64,000 nt of DNA from Candidatus Saccharimonadaceae bacterium. GTDB taxonomy: Bacteria; Eisenbacteria; RBG-16-71-46. The DNA is taken from assembly GCA_035494735.1 (NCBI GenBank), contig DATJGS010000037.1:81637-145636 (forward strand), in the 5' to 3' direction. Below are positions 27,518 through 36,988 of the stretch, piece by piece (position 1 is the first letter of the stretch; every line of letters starts with the position of its first letter). The notes under the pieces were generated by a model, which saw only the letters and a list, made by a program, of their open reading frames with translations, did not search any database and had not been told where the DNA came from. Made by a program: the position numbers and the translations under genes.

Positions 27518-28189
27518 ATGGCGGCGGTCGAAGTTCGCGACGTGCGCAAGGTGTACCAGCGGGATCGCCAGAGCGTGCCGGTGCTCGACGGGCTGTCGCT
27601 CGACATCGCCGAGGGCGACTTCGTGGCATTGATGGGGCCGTCGGGCAGCGGCAAGACGACGCTGCTGAACCTGATCGGCGGCATCGACCAGCCGACGTCG
27701 GGCGCGATCGGCGTGGGCGGGACGAACATCGCCACGCTCAAGGGCGACGCGCTGTCGCGGTGGCGGTCGCGGCACATCGGCTTCATTTTCCAGCTCTACA
27801 ATCTGATTCCCGTGCTCACCGCGCTGCAGAACGTCGAGCTGCCGCTGCTGCTCGTGAAGATGAGCGGCGCCGAGCGCAAGAAGCGCGCGACGACGGCGCT
27901 GCAGCTGGTCGGGCTCGGCGATCGCATCGGGCACTATCCGCGCCAGCTCTCGGGCGGACAGGAACAGCGCGTCGCCATCGCGCGCGCGCTGGTGAGCGAT
28001 CCGACGCTGCTGCTGGCCGACGAGCCGACCGGCGATCTCGATCGCAAGTCGGGCGAGGAGATCCTGCAGCTGCTCGAGCGCCTGAACCAGGAGTACAAGA
28101 AGACGATCATCATGGTCACGCACGATCCGCACGCGGCCGAGCGCGCGAAGCGCGTCCTGCACCTCGACAAGGGCGTGCTGTCCAACTGA
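27518..28189 (+). CDS. ABC transporter ATPase, MacB/LolD-type.
   Basis: [35 protein letters not shown]. Confidence 0.9.
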   Translation: MAAVEVRDVRKVYQRDRQSVPVLDGLSLDIAEGDFVALMGPSGSGKTTLLNLIGGIDQPTSGAIGVGGTNIATLKGDALSRWRSRHIGFIFQLYNLIPVLTALQNVELPLLLVKMSGAERKKRATTALQLVGLGDRIGHYPRQLSGGQEQRVAIARALVSDPTLLLADEPTGDLDRKSGEEILQLLERLNQEYKKTIIMVTHDPHAAERAKRVLHLDKGVLSN

Positions 28190-28202
28190 GCGGGGGCTCG
28201 TC

Positions 28203-29396
28203 GTGAGCGTCTTTCGACTCGTACTCGTGAACCTGGGGCGCAACAAGCGCCGCACCATCCTGACCACGCTGAGCGTGATGGTCGGGGTGTTCCTGTTCTG
28301 CGCGCTCGGCGGCGTGCTCGATACGCTGCAGGATTCCATCAAGGTCGGCAGCCTCAGCCGCCTGGTCACGCGCAACAAGATCTCGCTCGTGTTCCCGCTG
28401 CCGATCTCGTACCGCGATCGCATCGCCGCGGTGCCGGGCGTCAAGCGCGTCGGCTACTCGAACTGGTTCGGCGCGCAGGATCCGAAGGACCCGCACAATT
28501 TCTTCGCGCAGTTCGCGTGCGACGACGTGTACCTGCCCATCTACTCCTCCGACTTCGACATCGTCGAATGGTCGAAGCCCCAGGTCGAGACGCCGCTCGC
28601 ACCGGGCGCGGATCCCAAGCTGCAGGCCTACGACCAGGAACAGACCGCGTGCATCTGCGGCGTGAAGCTCATGCAGAAGATGGGCTGGAAGCTCGGTCAG
28701 ACGATCACGCTGAGCGGCACCATCTATCCGGGCTCGTGGCCGTTCACGATCCGCGCCGTGTACAAGGCCAGGAAGCCGTCGCTCGGCGAAGAGACCATGT
28801 TCTTCCACTTCCGCTACCTGAACGAGAAGGGCATGGGCGGCGCGCAACTCGTCGGCATCTACGTGTTCGAGTTGAACGACCCCGACCGTGCGTCGGCCGT
28901 CGCCCAGACCGTGGATGCGATGTTCGAGAACTCGTCCGCGGCGACGCTGACCGAGAGCGAGCAGGCGTTCCAGGCCGGCTTCGTGAGCATGTGGGGCAAC
29001 GTCCCGTTCGTGCTGCGCGTGATCGGGCTGGCCATCGTGTTCGCCATCCTGCTCGTCGCCGCGAACACCATGATGATGGCGTTCCGCGAGCGCACGTCGG
29101 AGATCGGCGTGCTGAAGACGCTGGGCTTCCGCGACGGCACCATCTTCACGATGGTGGTGATCGAGGCGGCCGTGATCACGCTGGGCGGCGGCGCCCTCGG
29201 CGCGCTGCTCGCCAAGGCGCTGCTCGAAGGCGGCGGCTTCAACCTGGGCGGTTTCCTGCCGCCGATGCGCGTGTACTGGGGCACCGTCATCACCGGCATC
29301 GCCATCGCGCTCGTGATGGGCGCGGTGAGCGGCATTCTGCCCGCGATGAGCGCGGCTCGTCTCAAGATCGTCGACGCGCTGCGCCGGGTCGACTAG
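28203..29396 (+). CDS. FtsX-like ABC permease.
   Basis: MacB-type large periplasmic loop and C-terminal TM bundle. Confidence 0.85.
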   Translation: MSVFRLVLVNLGRNKRRTILTTLSVMVGVFLFCALGGVLDTLQDSIKVGSLSRLVTRNKISLVFPLPISYRDRIAAVPGVKRVGYSNWFGAQDPKDPHNFFAQFACDDVYLPIYSSDFDIVEWSKPQVETPLAPGADPKLQAYDQEQTACICGVKLMQKMGWKLGQTITLSGTIYPGSWPFTIRAVYKARKPSLGEETMFFHFRYLNEKGMGGAQLVGIYVFELNDPDRASAVAQTVDAMFENSSAATLTESEQAFQAGFVSMWGNVPFVLRVIGLAIVFAILLVAANTMMMAFRERTSEIGVLKTLGFRDGTIFTMVVIEAAVITLGGGALGALLAKALLEGGGFNLGGFLPPMRVYWGTVITGIAIALVMGAVSGILPAMSAARLKIVDALRRVD

Positions 29397-29405
29397 GAGG
29401 ATCGC

Positions 29406-30578
29406 GTGGCCCTTCCACTCGTCTACAACCTGCGCAACATCCAGCAGCGCCCGCTGTCGACGCTGACCACCGCGCTCGGCGTCGGGCTCACCGTCATGAT
29501 CTTCATCGGCGCGCTCGCGCTGGCCGCCGGGTTCCGCGCGGCGCTCGTCAGCACGGGCTCGCCGAACAACGCGATCGTGCTGCGCAAGGGCGCGGACAGT
29601 GAGATCTCGAGCGGTGTGTCGCGCGAGCAGGTCGAGATCCTGCGTTCGAATCCGGCGGTGGCCGCCGGCCCCGACGGTCGCGCGCTGGCCACGGCCGACC
29701 TCGTCGTCGTCATCAACAAGGACCGTCTCGGGCAGAAGGGCTCGTCGAACCTCACGCTGCGCGGCGTCGACCCGACGGGCATCTCCGTGCGCGCGAACGT
29801 CCAGGTGCTGCCGGGCGGGCGCATGTTCGCGCCCGGCACGGACGAGGTCATCGTCGGGCGACGCGTCGCGGGGCGCTTCGCGAACTGCGCGGTCGGCGAT
29901 CGAATCACGTTCCAGCAGCGCACGTTCACCGTCGTCGGCCACTTCGCGGCGGGCGGGGCGGCGTTCGAATCGGAGATCTGGGGCGACGCCGCCGTGCTCG
30001 GGCCGGCGCTCAATCGCAACGACGTGTTCCAGACGGTCACGTTCCGCATGAAGCAGCCCGCGCAATTCGCGGCGCTCAAGGCCGAACTGGAGAAGGACCC
30101 GCGACTCCAGGTGCAGGTCAAGCGCGAGTCGGACTTCTACGCCGAGCAGTCGGGCACGTTCACGGGCCTCATCACCGGGCTCGGCGTGTTCATCACGCTG
30201 ATCATGGGCATCGGCGCCGTGTTCGGCGCGGCGAACACCATGTACGCGTCGGTCGGCGCGCGCACGCGCGAGATCGCCACGCTGCTCGTGCTCGGCTTCC
30301 GGCCCGGCGCGATCCTGCTGTCGTTCCTGATCGAGTCGGTGCTGATCTGCGTGCTGGGGGGCGTGATCGGCTGCATCCTGGCGCTGCCCATCAACGGCAT
30401 CACGACGAGCACGACGAACTTCCAGTCGTTCAGCGAAGTCGGCTTCGCGTTCCTCGTGACGCCGAAAGCGATGCTGGCCGGCCTGGTGTTCTCGGCGGCC
30501 ATGGGCCTGATCGGCGGATTCTTCCCGGCGCGCGCCGCGGCGCGTCAGCCCTTGGCGCGGGCGCTGCGCGCGATGTAG
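29406..30578 (+). CDS. Second FtsX-like ABC permease.
   Basis: Paralogous to the upstream permease in architecture. Confidence 0.85.
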   Translation: MALPLVYNLRNIQQRPLSTLTTALGVGLTVMIFIGALALAAGFRAALVSTGSPNNAIVLRKGADSEISSGVSREQVEILRSNPAVAAGPDGRALATADLVVVINKDRLGQKGSSNLTLRGVDPTGISVRANVQVLPGGRMFAPGTDEVIVGRRVAGRFANCAVGDRITFQQRTFTVVGHFAAGGAAFESEIWGDAAVLGPALNRNDVFQTVTFRMKQPAQFAALKAELEKDPRLQVQVKRESDFYAEQSGTFTGLITGLGVFITLIMGIGAVFGAANTMYASVGARTREIATLLVLGFRPGAILLSFLIESVLICVLGGVIGCILALPINGITTSTTNFQSFSEVGFAFLVTPKAMLAGLVFSAAMGLIGGFFPARAAARQPLARALRAM

Positions 30579-30650
30579 CGGAGGAGCGGCCGCGCGCAGG
30601 CGTTTGTCGCGCGCCCGGTCACGGGCGGCGTGGCGCGGGCCGGCGCCGCG

Positions 30651-32213
30651 TCACTCGATGCGCAGCAACCGCACCGTCGACGTCGCGCGCCCGGCGCTCA
30701 GCCGCACCAGGTAGACGCCGGCCGGGACGTGCGCCCCGCGCTCGTCGGCGCCGTCCCACGTCAGACGCTCTGCGCCCACCGCGAAGCGCACGTCGGCCAG
30801 CGTGCGCACCCGCCGCCCCTGCGTATCGAAGATCTCGACGCGCGCCGGCCCGGGCTCGCGCAGCGCGAACGAAACCTCCGTAGGCCCGGCGCTCGGATTC
30901 GGCGTGACGCGGAGCGCGAAGTTGCGCGGCGTCGGCTCGACCGCGTTCGGCGGCCCGGTGTAGCGAATGCGCCCGAACGCCCCGGTCGCGCCGCCGAAGC
31001 CGTCGTCGAACTGGCGCAGCCAGTACAGGCTGCCGTCGGGGCCGATCTGGTAGTCGCATTGGCTGTACATGCCGGTCATCCAGTTCACCGTATCGGGCTG
31101 TCCCGGCACATCCGCCGGCGCGACCCACGTGCCGCCGACCTTCTGCGCGCAGCGCAAGTAGCCGCCGTAGTAATCGCCGTAGAACAGAATCCCCTCGTAT
31201 TCATTCGGCCAGTTCGCGAGGCCGCCCACGGCGCCGCGGTGCACGCCGGCCGTGATGACGGCCTGGCTGCTGCCGTCGTGCGGGATGACGACGATCGGCG
31301 AGTCGAACGTCTGCGAGCCGCCGCCGCCCGGCTCCGGGCACTGCCCGACCGGCTCGACCGTCACGCCCTCGCGCCACGGCCAGCCCTCGTTGTCCCCGGC
31401 GGACACCTCGTCGACCTCCTCGAACGAGAAGTCGCCGGGGTCGGCGACGTACAGATTCTGGGTCACGCGATCGATCACGAATCGCCACGGATTGCGCAGG
31501 CCGAGCGCGAACACCAGGCGCGTCGTGCTGTCGCTCGACGCGAATGGATTGTCGGCGGGCGTGATCTGCGCGCGGAAGGCGCTGCCCGCGCCCGGCGGCA
31601 GGTTGCGCACGTCGAGCCGCAGGATCTTGCCCTTGAGTTGCGTCAGGTCCTGCGCCGCGCAACGGTCGAGGTCTTCCCCCACGGCCGCGTAGAGCATGCC
31701 ATCGAGCCCGAAACGCAGGCACCCGGCGTTGTGGCTGTCCGAGTTGTCCGGGATGTTGCCGATGATCACGTACGGCGAGCCGAGCACGAGGCTCTCTCCG
31801 AGCGGATTCGCGAGGTCGCCGCTGGCCGTGTAACGCACGATGATGATGAAGCCGCTCGTGCTCGTGTAGTCGAGATACACGTAGGGGCGCTGCGGCCACG
31901 CCGGATCGACCGCGACTCCCTGCAGCCCGCGCTCGCCGCTCGTCCCGGACGTGTTGAGCCCCGGCACGGTCAGCACCGGGTCTGTGGCAGCCACATGCGT
32001 GCCGACGATGAGTCGCACGCGCCCGGTCACCTGCTCCGTGAACAGCACGCGCCCGTCGGGCAGGAACGCGAAGCTGTTCGGCTGGGTGAGAGAGGGCACC
32101 AGCACTTCGGCTGCGAAGTTCGCGGGGACGACCGGATTGGTGGCGGCGGCGCGCGGGACGAGCACAAAGGCGAAGGCGGCCAGCAGCGGCGCCAGGCGGA
32201 GCGGACGCGTCAT
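30651..32213 (-). CDS. PQQ-dependent sugar dehydrogenase (glucose/sorbosone dehydrogenase family) with a T9SS-type C-terminal domain.
   Basis: GSDH beta-propeller motifs and a C-terminal TPNPSAGP...DTQGRRV...GVYLVRL tail. Confidence 0.8.
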   Translation of the reverse strand: MTRPLRLAPLLAAFAFVLVPRAAATNPVVPANFAAEVLVPSLTQPNSFAFLPDGRVLFTEQVTGRVRLIVGTHVAATDPVLTVPGLNTSGTSGERGLQGVAVDPAWPQRPYVYLDYTSTSGFIIIVRYTASGDLANPLGESLVLGSPYVIIGNIPDNSDSHNAGCLRFGLDGMLYAAVGEDLDRCAAQDLTQLKGKILRLDVRNLPPGAGSAFRAQITPADNPFASSDSTTRLVFALGLRNPWRFVIDRVTQNLYVADPGDFSFEEVDEVSAGDNEGWPWREGVTVEPVGQCPEPGGGGSQTFDSPIVVIPHDGSSQAVITAGVHRGAVGGLANWPNEYEGILFYGDYYGGYLRCAQKVGGTWVAPADVPGQPDTVNWMTGMYSQCDYQIGPDGSLYWLRQFDDGFGGATGAFGRIRYTGPPNAVEPTPRNFALRVTPNPSAGPTEVSFALREPGPARVEIFDTQGRRVRTLADVRFAVGAERLTWDGADERGAHVPAGVYLVRLSAGRATSTVRLLRIE

Positions 32214-32430
32214 GTCGCAACCTTTCGGGCGGCCGATAGAGGGGCGTGATGGAGGTCGGGAAGCCGTCTGCGCGCGTCGGGCGGGCTCGATGATAGCCTA
32301 GGCGGTCATCGACGCGCGAGCGGGCCGCGCGTTCCGCGGACGTGCCTGTGAGCATTTCCGGCGCACGCCGCGACAGAGTGTCGCCCCGAAACGATCCGGC
32401 AGCCGGGCCGCGGGGTCGCCGTCGATCGAA

Positions 32431-33156
32431 TCAGCCGCCGGGGTTTTCGATGGCCTGCCGGAGCCGCTCGCGCGACGGGATGACGAAGCGTCCTTCGCCG
32501 GTCACGAGCAATCCCTCGCGCCCCCAGCGCGACAACACGCGAATCGCGGATTCGACGGTCGTGCCCACCAAGTCGGCCACTTCCTGGCGCGTCAGCGTGA
32601 GCGGGATCTCGACGCCCGCGGGGCCCTCGCGGCCCATGCGCTCGGCCAGCGTGAGGAACAGCTGCGCGATGCGCGTGTCCACGCGCTGGCCGCGCATGTC
32701 CTCGAGCTTGCGCGTCAGCGACACGACGAGCTTCGTGAGTTCGCGAATGATGGCGCGCGCGAACTCCGGATGACGGTCCAGCAGCTCGAAGTAGTCGCGG
32801 CGCGGCAGCACGACCAGCGACACGGGCTCGAGACACACGGCGCTCGCCGGGTACGGCATGTAGTTGTACACCGCGATCGCACCGACCGGCTCGCCCTCGC
32901 CGAACAGCTCGAGGATCACGTCGCCGGCGTCGGCGTGGCGCACGATCTTCACGCGCCCGCGCACGATGACGGTGAGCTGCTCGGCCGGGTCCCCGGCGCG
33001 CCACAGGAAATCGCCGCGCGCGTAGTCGCGGAGGCTCGCGAGACTCGCGATGCGTCCCTGATCGTCGGCCGTCAGCCCGCGGAACATCGGGATGGAGCGG
33101 ACCGCGGCCAGGACCCGTTCGGATCGAGCCTCGGACGTCGCGCGCGGTTCGCTCAT
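32431..33156 (-). CDS. Crp/Fnr-family transcriptional regulator.
   Basis: cNMP-binding-like fold plus a C-terminal HTH. Confidence 0.85.
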   Translation of the reverse strand: MSEPRATSEARSERVLAAVRSIPMFRGLTADDQGRIASLASLRDYARGDFLWRAGDPAEQLTVIVRGRVKIVRHADAGDVILELFGEGEPVGAIAVYNYMPYPASAVCLEPVSLVVLPRRDYFELLDRHPEFARAIIRELTKLVVSLTRKLEDMRGQRVDTRIAQLFLTLAERMGREGPAGVEIPLTLTRQEVADLVGTTVESAIRVLSRWGREGLLVTGEGRFVIPSRERLRQAIENPGG

Positions 33157-33170
33157 ATGATGCGGATCAT
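33157..33170. promoter_or_regulatory. Crp/Fnr-type palindrome ATGATGCGGATCAT.
   Basis: TGAT-N4-ATCA core resembles the TTGAT-N4-ATCAA FNR/Dnr consensus; sits right next to the regulator's start codon. Confidence 0.45.
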
Positions 33171-33255
33171 AGTCCAGTCGGGCCGCGTGCTCCCACCCCG
33201 CTCGACGGCAACGATCTAGGCCGGAATTCCCGACCCCGTGAATCCACGACGCGCG

Positions 33256-33269
33256 TGATGCCGATCATG
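33256..33269. promoter_or_regulatory. Second Crp/Fnr-type palindrome GTGATGCCGATCAT.
   Basis: Centred about 72 bp upstream of the hemerythrin ATG, consistent with class II (-41.5) activation. Confidence 0.5.
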
Positions 33270-33333
33270 CCGCGCGCGGCGCGAACGCACGATCCTCCTG
33301 ATGGACGCGGTACCGACTTTGGAGGAGCGGACG

Positions 33334-33903
33334 ATGCCCAATACGGTGTTCGACAATCTGCGCGACGACCACCTGCGCGTGCTCGGCGACATCTCGGCCG
33401 TGGAACGCGCCCTCGAGCCCGCGAGCGAAGGGCGGCGCGACGCGCGCGGCGGCCGGGCGGTCCGAGCCAAGGCGATTCGGCCGTCGGCGACGTGGGAACC
33501 GCTGCGCCGCCTCGTCGCGTTGCTCGAGCGCCAGTTCGAGACGCACATGGCGGCGGAGGACAAGGTGCTGTTCCCGTCGCTCGAGCGGGCGCTGCCCGAG
33601 ACGAGCGGTGCGCTCCGTGAGCTCGAGGACGAGCACCGCGAACTGCGCGGCATGCTCGCCTCGGTCGCCGGCCTGCTCCAGCGCCGCGCGTCGCAGGCCC
33701 GCGACGAACAACTCGTCGTGCAGGGCCGCGATCTCGTGGACCTGCTGCGCATTCATATTCGCAAGGAAGAAGTCGTCGTGTTCCGCGTGGCCGAGCGACT
33801 GCTCAGCCCCGCGGAGCTGATGGGCGTCGCGCGCCGTCGGACCGGAAACGCGATGACCGAACTCGGCTCCGGTCGCATCCCCTCGAGAGGATCGAACTCA
33901 TGA
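33334..33903 (+). CDS. Hemerythrin-like (HHE cation-binding) domain protein.
   Basis: Four His plus Glu/Asp in H...E spacing; GGAGGAG SD; ATGA overlap with the cytochrome c gene. Confidence 0.7.
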   Translation: MPNTVFDNLRDDHLRVLGDISAVERALEPASEGRRDARGGRAVRAKAIRPSATWEPLRRLVALLERQFETHMAAEDKVLFPSLERALPETSGALRELEDEHRELRGMLASVAGLLQRRASQARDEQLVVQGRDLVDLLRIHIRKEEVVVFRVAERLLSPAELMGVARRRTGNAMTELGSGRIPSRGSNS

Positions 33904-34391
33904 AGACGACTCGACTCGTGACGCTCGCCCTGGCCCTCGCGGCTGTGGCCGCGGTCGCGGGCTGCGGCGGCAAGACGGCGGATTCGGGCACCACCACGGG
34001 CACGACGAACGTGTCGGCCTCGGGCGCGGCCGGCGGCGACGCTCTGCCCGCCGGGCTCGACGAAGGCCCGCGCGCCGCGACGACGCCCATCGACGAGAGC
34101 AAGGTCGAAGCCGGCGAGAAGCTGTTCCAGACGCGCGGCTGTTCGGCCTGCCACGGATTCGGTAAGCGCATCTCCTGCCCCGATCTCGATGGCGTGACGT
34201 CGCGCCGCACCGCGAAGTGGATCGAGACGCAGATCCTGCACCCCGACGTCATGACCAAGCAGGACCCGACCGCTCGCCAGTTGTTCGCGCAGTACGCGCT
34301 GCAGATGCCCAAGCAGGGACTGACGCCGGCGGAGGCCGCCGCCGTGCTCGAGTTCCTGAAGCACAAGAACCACGAATCGGCCGAGAAGTAA
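33900..34391 (+). CDS. Lipoprotein c-type cytochrome.
   Basis: LAGC lipobox and a CSACHG heme-binding motif. Confidence 0.85.
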   Translation: MKTTRLVTLALALAAVAAVAGCGGKTADSGTTTGTTNVSASGAAGGDALPAGLDEGPRAATTPIDESKVEAGEKLFQTRGCSACHGFGKRISCPDLDGVTSRRTAKWIETQILHPDVMTKQDPTARQLFAQYALQMPKQGLTPAEAAAVLEFLKHKNHESAEK

Positions 34392-34410
34392 CCCGGAAAA
34401 GGAGCGCACC

Positions 34411-36324
34411 ATGAAACGCTGGATCACGATCGTCGCCGCCGTTGTCGCTGGAGCCGTGACGCTCGCCCACCTGCCGGGATGTGCCGGCACGCGCGGCGGC
34501 GGAGGCCCCGGCGCCGCGGCCGGCAAGGTGTACGTGAAACCGGGCGAGCACGACGCGTACTACGCGTTCCTGTCCGGCGGACACTCGGGGCAGATCTACG
34601 TGTACGGCATGCCGTCGTGCCGGCACATCACCACGATTCCCGTGTTCACGCCCGAGCCCGCCGTGGGCTACGGCGTGGACGAGGAGTCGAAGGCCATGCT
34701 CGGCGGACTCACCTGGGGCGACGCGCATCACCCGGGCATGAGCGAGACCGACGGCGATTACGACGGTCGCTGGCTGTTCATCAACGACATGCCGAATGCG
34801 CGCATCGCGCGCATCGACCTGTCGGACTTCAAGACCCACGAGATCTACGGGCCGATTCCGAACGTGTCCGCGGCGCACGCGTGCCCGTTCCCGACGCCGA
34901 ATACCGAGTACGTGTTCGCGGCGTCGCGCTTCTCGATCCCGATCCCCTACCCAACCGTGCGCCCGATGTCCGAGTACGCGCAGGCGTTCAACGGCGTGGT
35001 GGCGGGCATCAAGGTGGATCCCAAGAGCGGTCATATGTCGATGGGCTTCGAAGTGCTGATGCCGCCGTTCGACTGGGATCTGGCCGACGCCGGCAAGGGC
35101 CCGAGCAACGGCTGGGAATTCTTCACGTGCTACAACAGCGAAGAAGCCCATGACTCGCTCGAAGTGAAGGCCTCGCAGAACGAGATGGACTACATCGCCA
35201 TGGTCGACTGGCGCGCGGCGCAGAAGGCGGTCGACGAAGGCAAGGCGAAGATGATCGGCGGCGCGCCGGTGCTCGATCCCAAGGACGTGAAGGGCATCGT
35301 GTACCTGTTCCCGGTGCCGAAGAGCCCGCACGGCGTCGACGTCGATCCGAGCGGCCAGTACGTGTGCGCCTCGGGCAAGCTGCAGGCGGAAGTCTCCGTC
35401 TACAGCTTCGCGAAGCTGAGCGCGGCCATCGCCGCCGGCAAGTTCACGGACGAGAAGGGCGGCATCCCGGTGCTGCCCTACGAGAACGTGATCGAAGCGA
35501 AGGTGCCGGTGGGCCTGGGGCCGCTGCACACGCAATTCGACGGCAAGGGCTACGCGTACACGTCGCTGTTCCTCGACTCGCAGATCGCGAAGTGGAAGAT
35601 CGGCCCGCCCTGGAACGTCGTCGACAAGATCGACGTGTACTACTCGATCGGCCACCTCATGGCGTCCGAGGGTGACACGCGTCACCCGACCGGCGACTAC
35701 GTCGTGGCGCTCGACAAGCTGTCGAAGGACCGCTACCTGTCCGTCGGGCCGACGCATCCGGAGGCCGCGCAGCTCATCGACATCCGCGGACCGAAGATGG
35801 AGCTGCTGTACGACTTCCCCACGTACCTCGAGCCCCACTACGCGCAGATGATCCGCGCTGAGAAGCTCAAGCCGTTCACCGTGTACCCGCTCGACAAGAA
35901 CGACAAACCGTTCGCGACCAAGCGGGCCGAGGACGCGCGTGTCGAGCGCAAGGGACATCGCGTGGACGTGATGATGATCGCCGTGCGTTCGCACTTCTCG
36001 CCCGACAACATCCAGGTGACGCAGGGCGACACGGTCTACTTCCACGTCACGAACGTCGAGCAGGACGACGACATCGCGCACGGCTTCGGCATTCTGTTCT
36101 CGAGCAAGAACATGCAGATCGAGCCGGGCGAGACCAAGACCATGCGCTGGGTCGCGGACAAAGCCGGCGTCACGCCGTTCTACTGCTCGAACTTCTGCAG
36201 CGCGCTGCACCAGGAGATGCAGGGCTACATCGAAGCGTTGCCGGCGGGCGCCCACGTGGCCGCCGTGCAGCGTCCCGATCCGGCTCGCGTCGCCGAAGTC
36301 GCGGCGCTCATGAAGCACCCATAG
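34411..36324 (+). CDS. nosZ: Nitrous-oxide reductase, clade II (Sec/lipoprotein-type).
   Basis: Seven-bladed propeller region and a C-terminal CuA site HGF...FYCSNFCSALHQEMQG. LPGCAG lipobox and no twin-arginine. Confidence 0.92.
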   Translation: MKRWITIVAAVVAGAVTLAHLPGCAGTRGGGGPGAAAGKVYVKPGEHDAYYAFLSGGHSGQIYVYGMPSCRHITTIPVFTPEPAVGYGVDEESKAMLGGLTWGDAHHPGMSETDGDYDGRWLFINDMPNARIARIDLSDFKTHEIYGPIPNVSAAHACPFPTPNTEYVFAASRFSIPIPYPTVRPMSEYAQAFNGVVAGIKVDPKSGHMSMGFEVLMPPFDWDLADAGKGPSNGWEFFTCYNSEEAHDSLEVKASQNEMDYIAMVDWRAAQKAVDEGKAKMIGGAPVLDPKDVKGIVYLFPVPKSPHGVDVDPSGQYVCASGKLQAEVSVYSFAKLSAAIAAGKFTDEKGGIPVLPYENVIEAKVPVGLGPLHTQFDGKGYAYTSLFLDSQIAKWKIGPPWNVVDKIDVYYSIGHLMASEGDTRHPTGDYVVALDKLSKDRYLSVGPTHPEAAQLIDIRGPKMELLYDFPTYLEPHYAQMIRAEKLKPFTVYPLDKNDKPFATKRAEDARVERKGHRVDVMMIAVRSHFSPDNIQVTQGDTVYFHVTNVEQDDDIAHGFGILFSSKNMQIEPGETKTMRWVADKAGVTPFYCSNFCSALHQEMQGYIEALPAGAHVAAVQRPDPARVAEVAALMKHP

Positions 36325-36337
36325 TTCCCGCACGTCG

Positions 36338-36362
36338 GGGGCCGGCCCGAGCGGCCGGCCCC
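36338..36362 (+). other. Perfect 10-bp GC hairpin between nosZ and nosB.
   Basis: GGGGCCGGCC-cgagc-GGCCGGCCCC; no T-tract. Confidence 0.5.
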
Positions 36363-36376
36363 GACGGGAGGCAGTC

Positions 36377-36988
36377 GTGCACTATCTCGCCGATCGATTT
36401 CAACCGCGTGAGCGCCGCCTGATCTGGCTCGCCGCGCTCATCCTGGTTCCCGTCTTCTTCCTTCCGATCCTGCCGATCTGGGTCATGAAGCTGTGGGCCC
36501 CGCAGTATCGCGAAGGGCTGACGCTGACCATCTTCAGCAACACCATCAAGGGCAACATCGAGAGCATCAACATCCTCAATCACTACGTCGGCATGCACGC
36601 GATCTCGGCGAATGACTTCAGCGAATTCAACTACCTGCCTCAGGCGCTCAGCCTGTTCGGCGTGCTCGCTCTGCTCGCCGCGCTGCTCAACCGGCGCTGG
36701 CTGGCGATCGCGGGATGGCTCGCGTTCACCGCGTTCGCCGCGTACATGTTCAACGACTACGCGCACTGGCTGTGGCACTACGGGCACGACCTCGACCCGC
36801 GGGCGCCGATCAAGCTGCCGCTGTTCACGCCGCCGCTGATCGGCTTCAAGCAGATGGCGAACTTCCGGGTGTTGAGCGTGCCCGGCCCCGGCACCCTGCT
36901 CCTCGGCGTCGCCTGGCTGCTGGGTCCGCTCGCGATCTTCTTCGAACGGCGCGCCGCGCGTGACACGCGGAAGGCGCACGCGGCGTGA
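36377..36988 (+). CDS. nosB: NosB-like transmembrane protein of clade II nos clusters.
   Basis: Polytopic membrane protein immediately after nosZ; GTG start. Confidence 0.6.
   Translation: MHYLADRFQPRERRLIWLAALILVPVFFLPILPIWVMKLWAPQYREGLTLTIFSNTIKGNIESINILNHYVGMHAISANDFSEFNYLPQALSLFGVLALLAALLNRRWLAIAGWLAFTAFAAYMFNDYAHWLWHYGHDLDPRAPIKLPLFTPPLIGFKQMANFRVLSVPGPGTLLLGVAWLLGPLAIFFERRAARDTRKAHAA

Noticed and set aside
33265-33756. 163-aa antisense ORF opposite the hemerythrin gene.
   Set aside because: The plus-strand frame has about 90% GC3 and an H/E metal-ligand pattern, whereas the antisense frame is R/A/L-rich.
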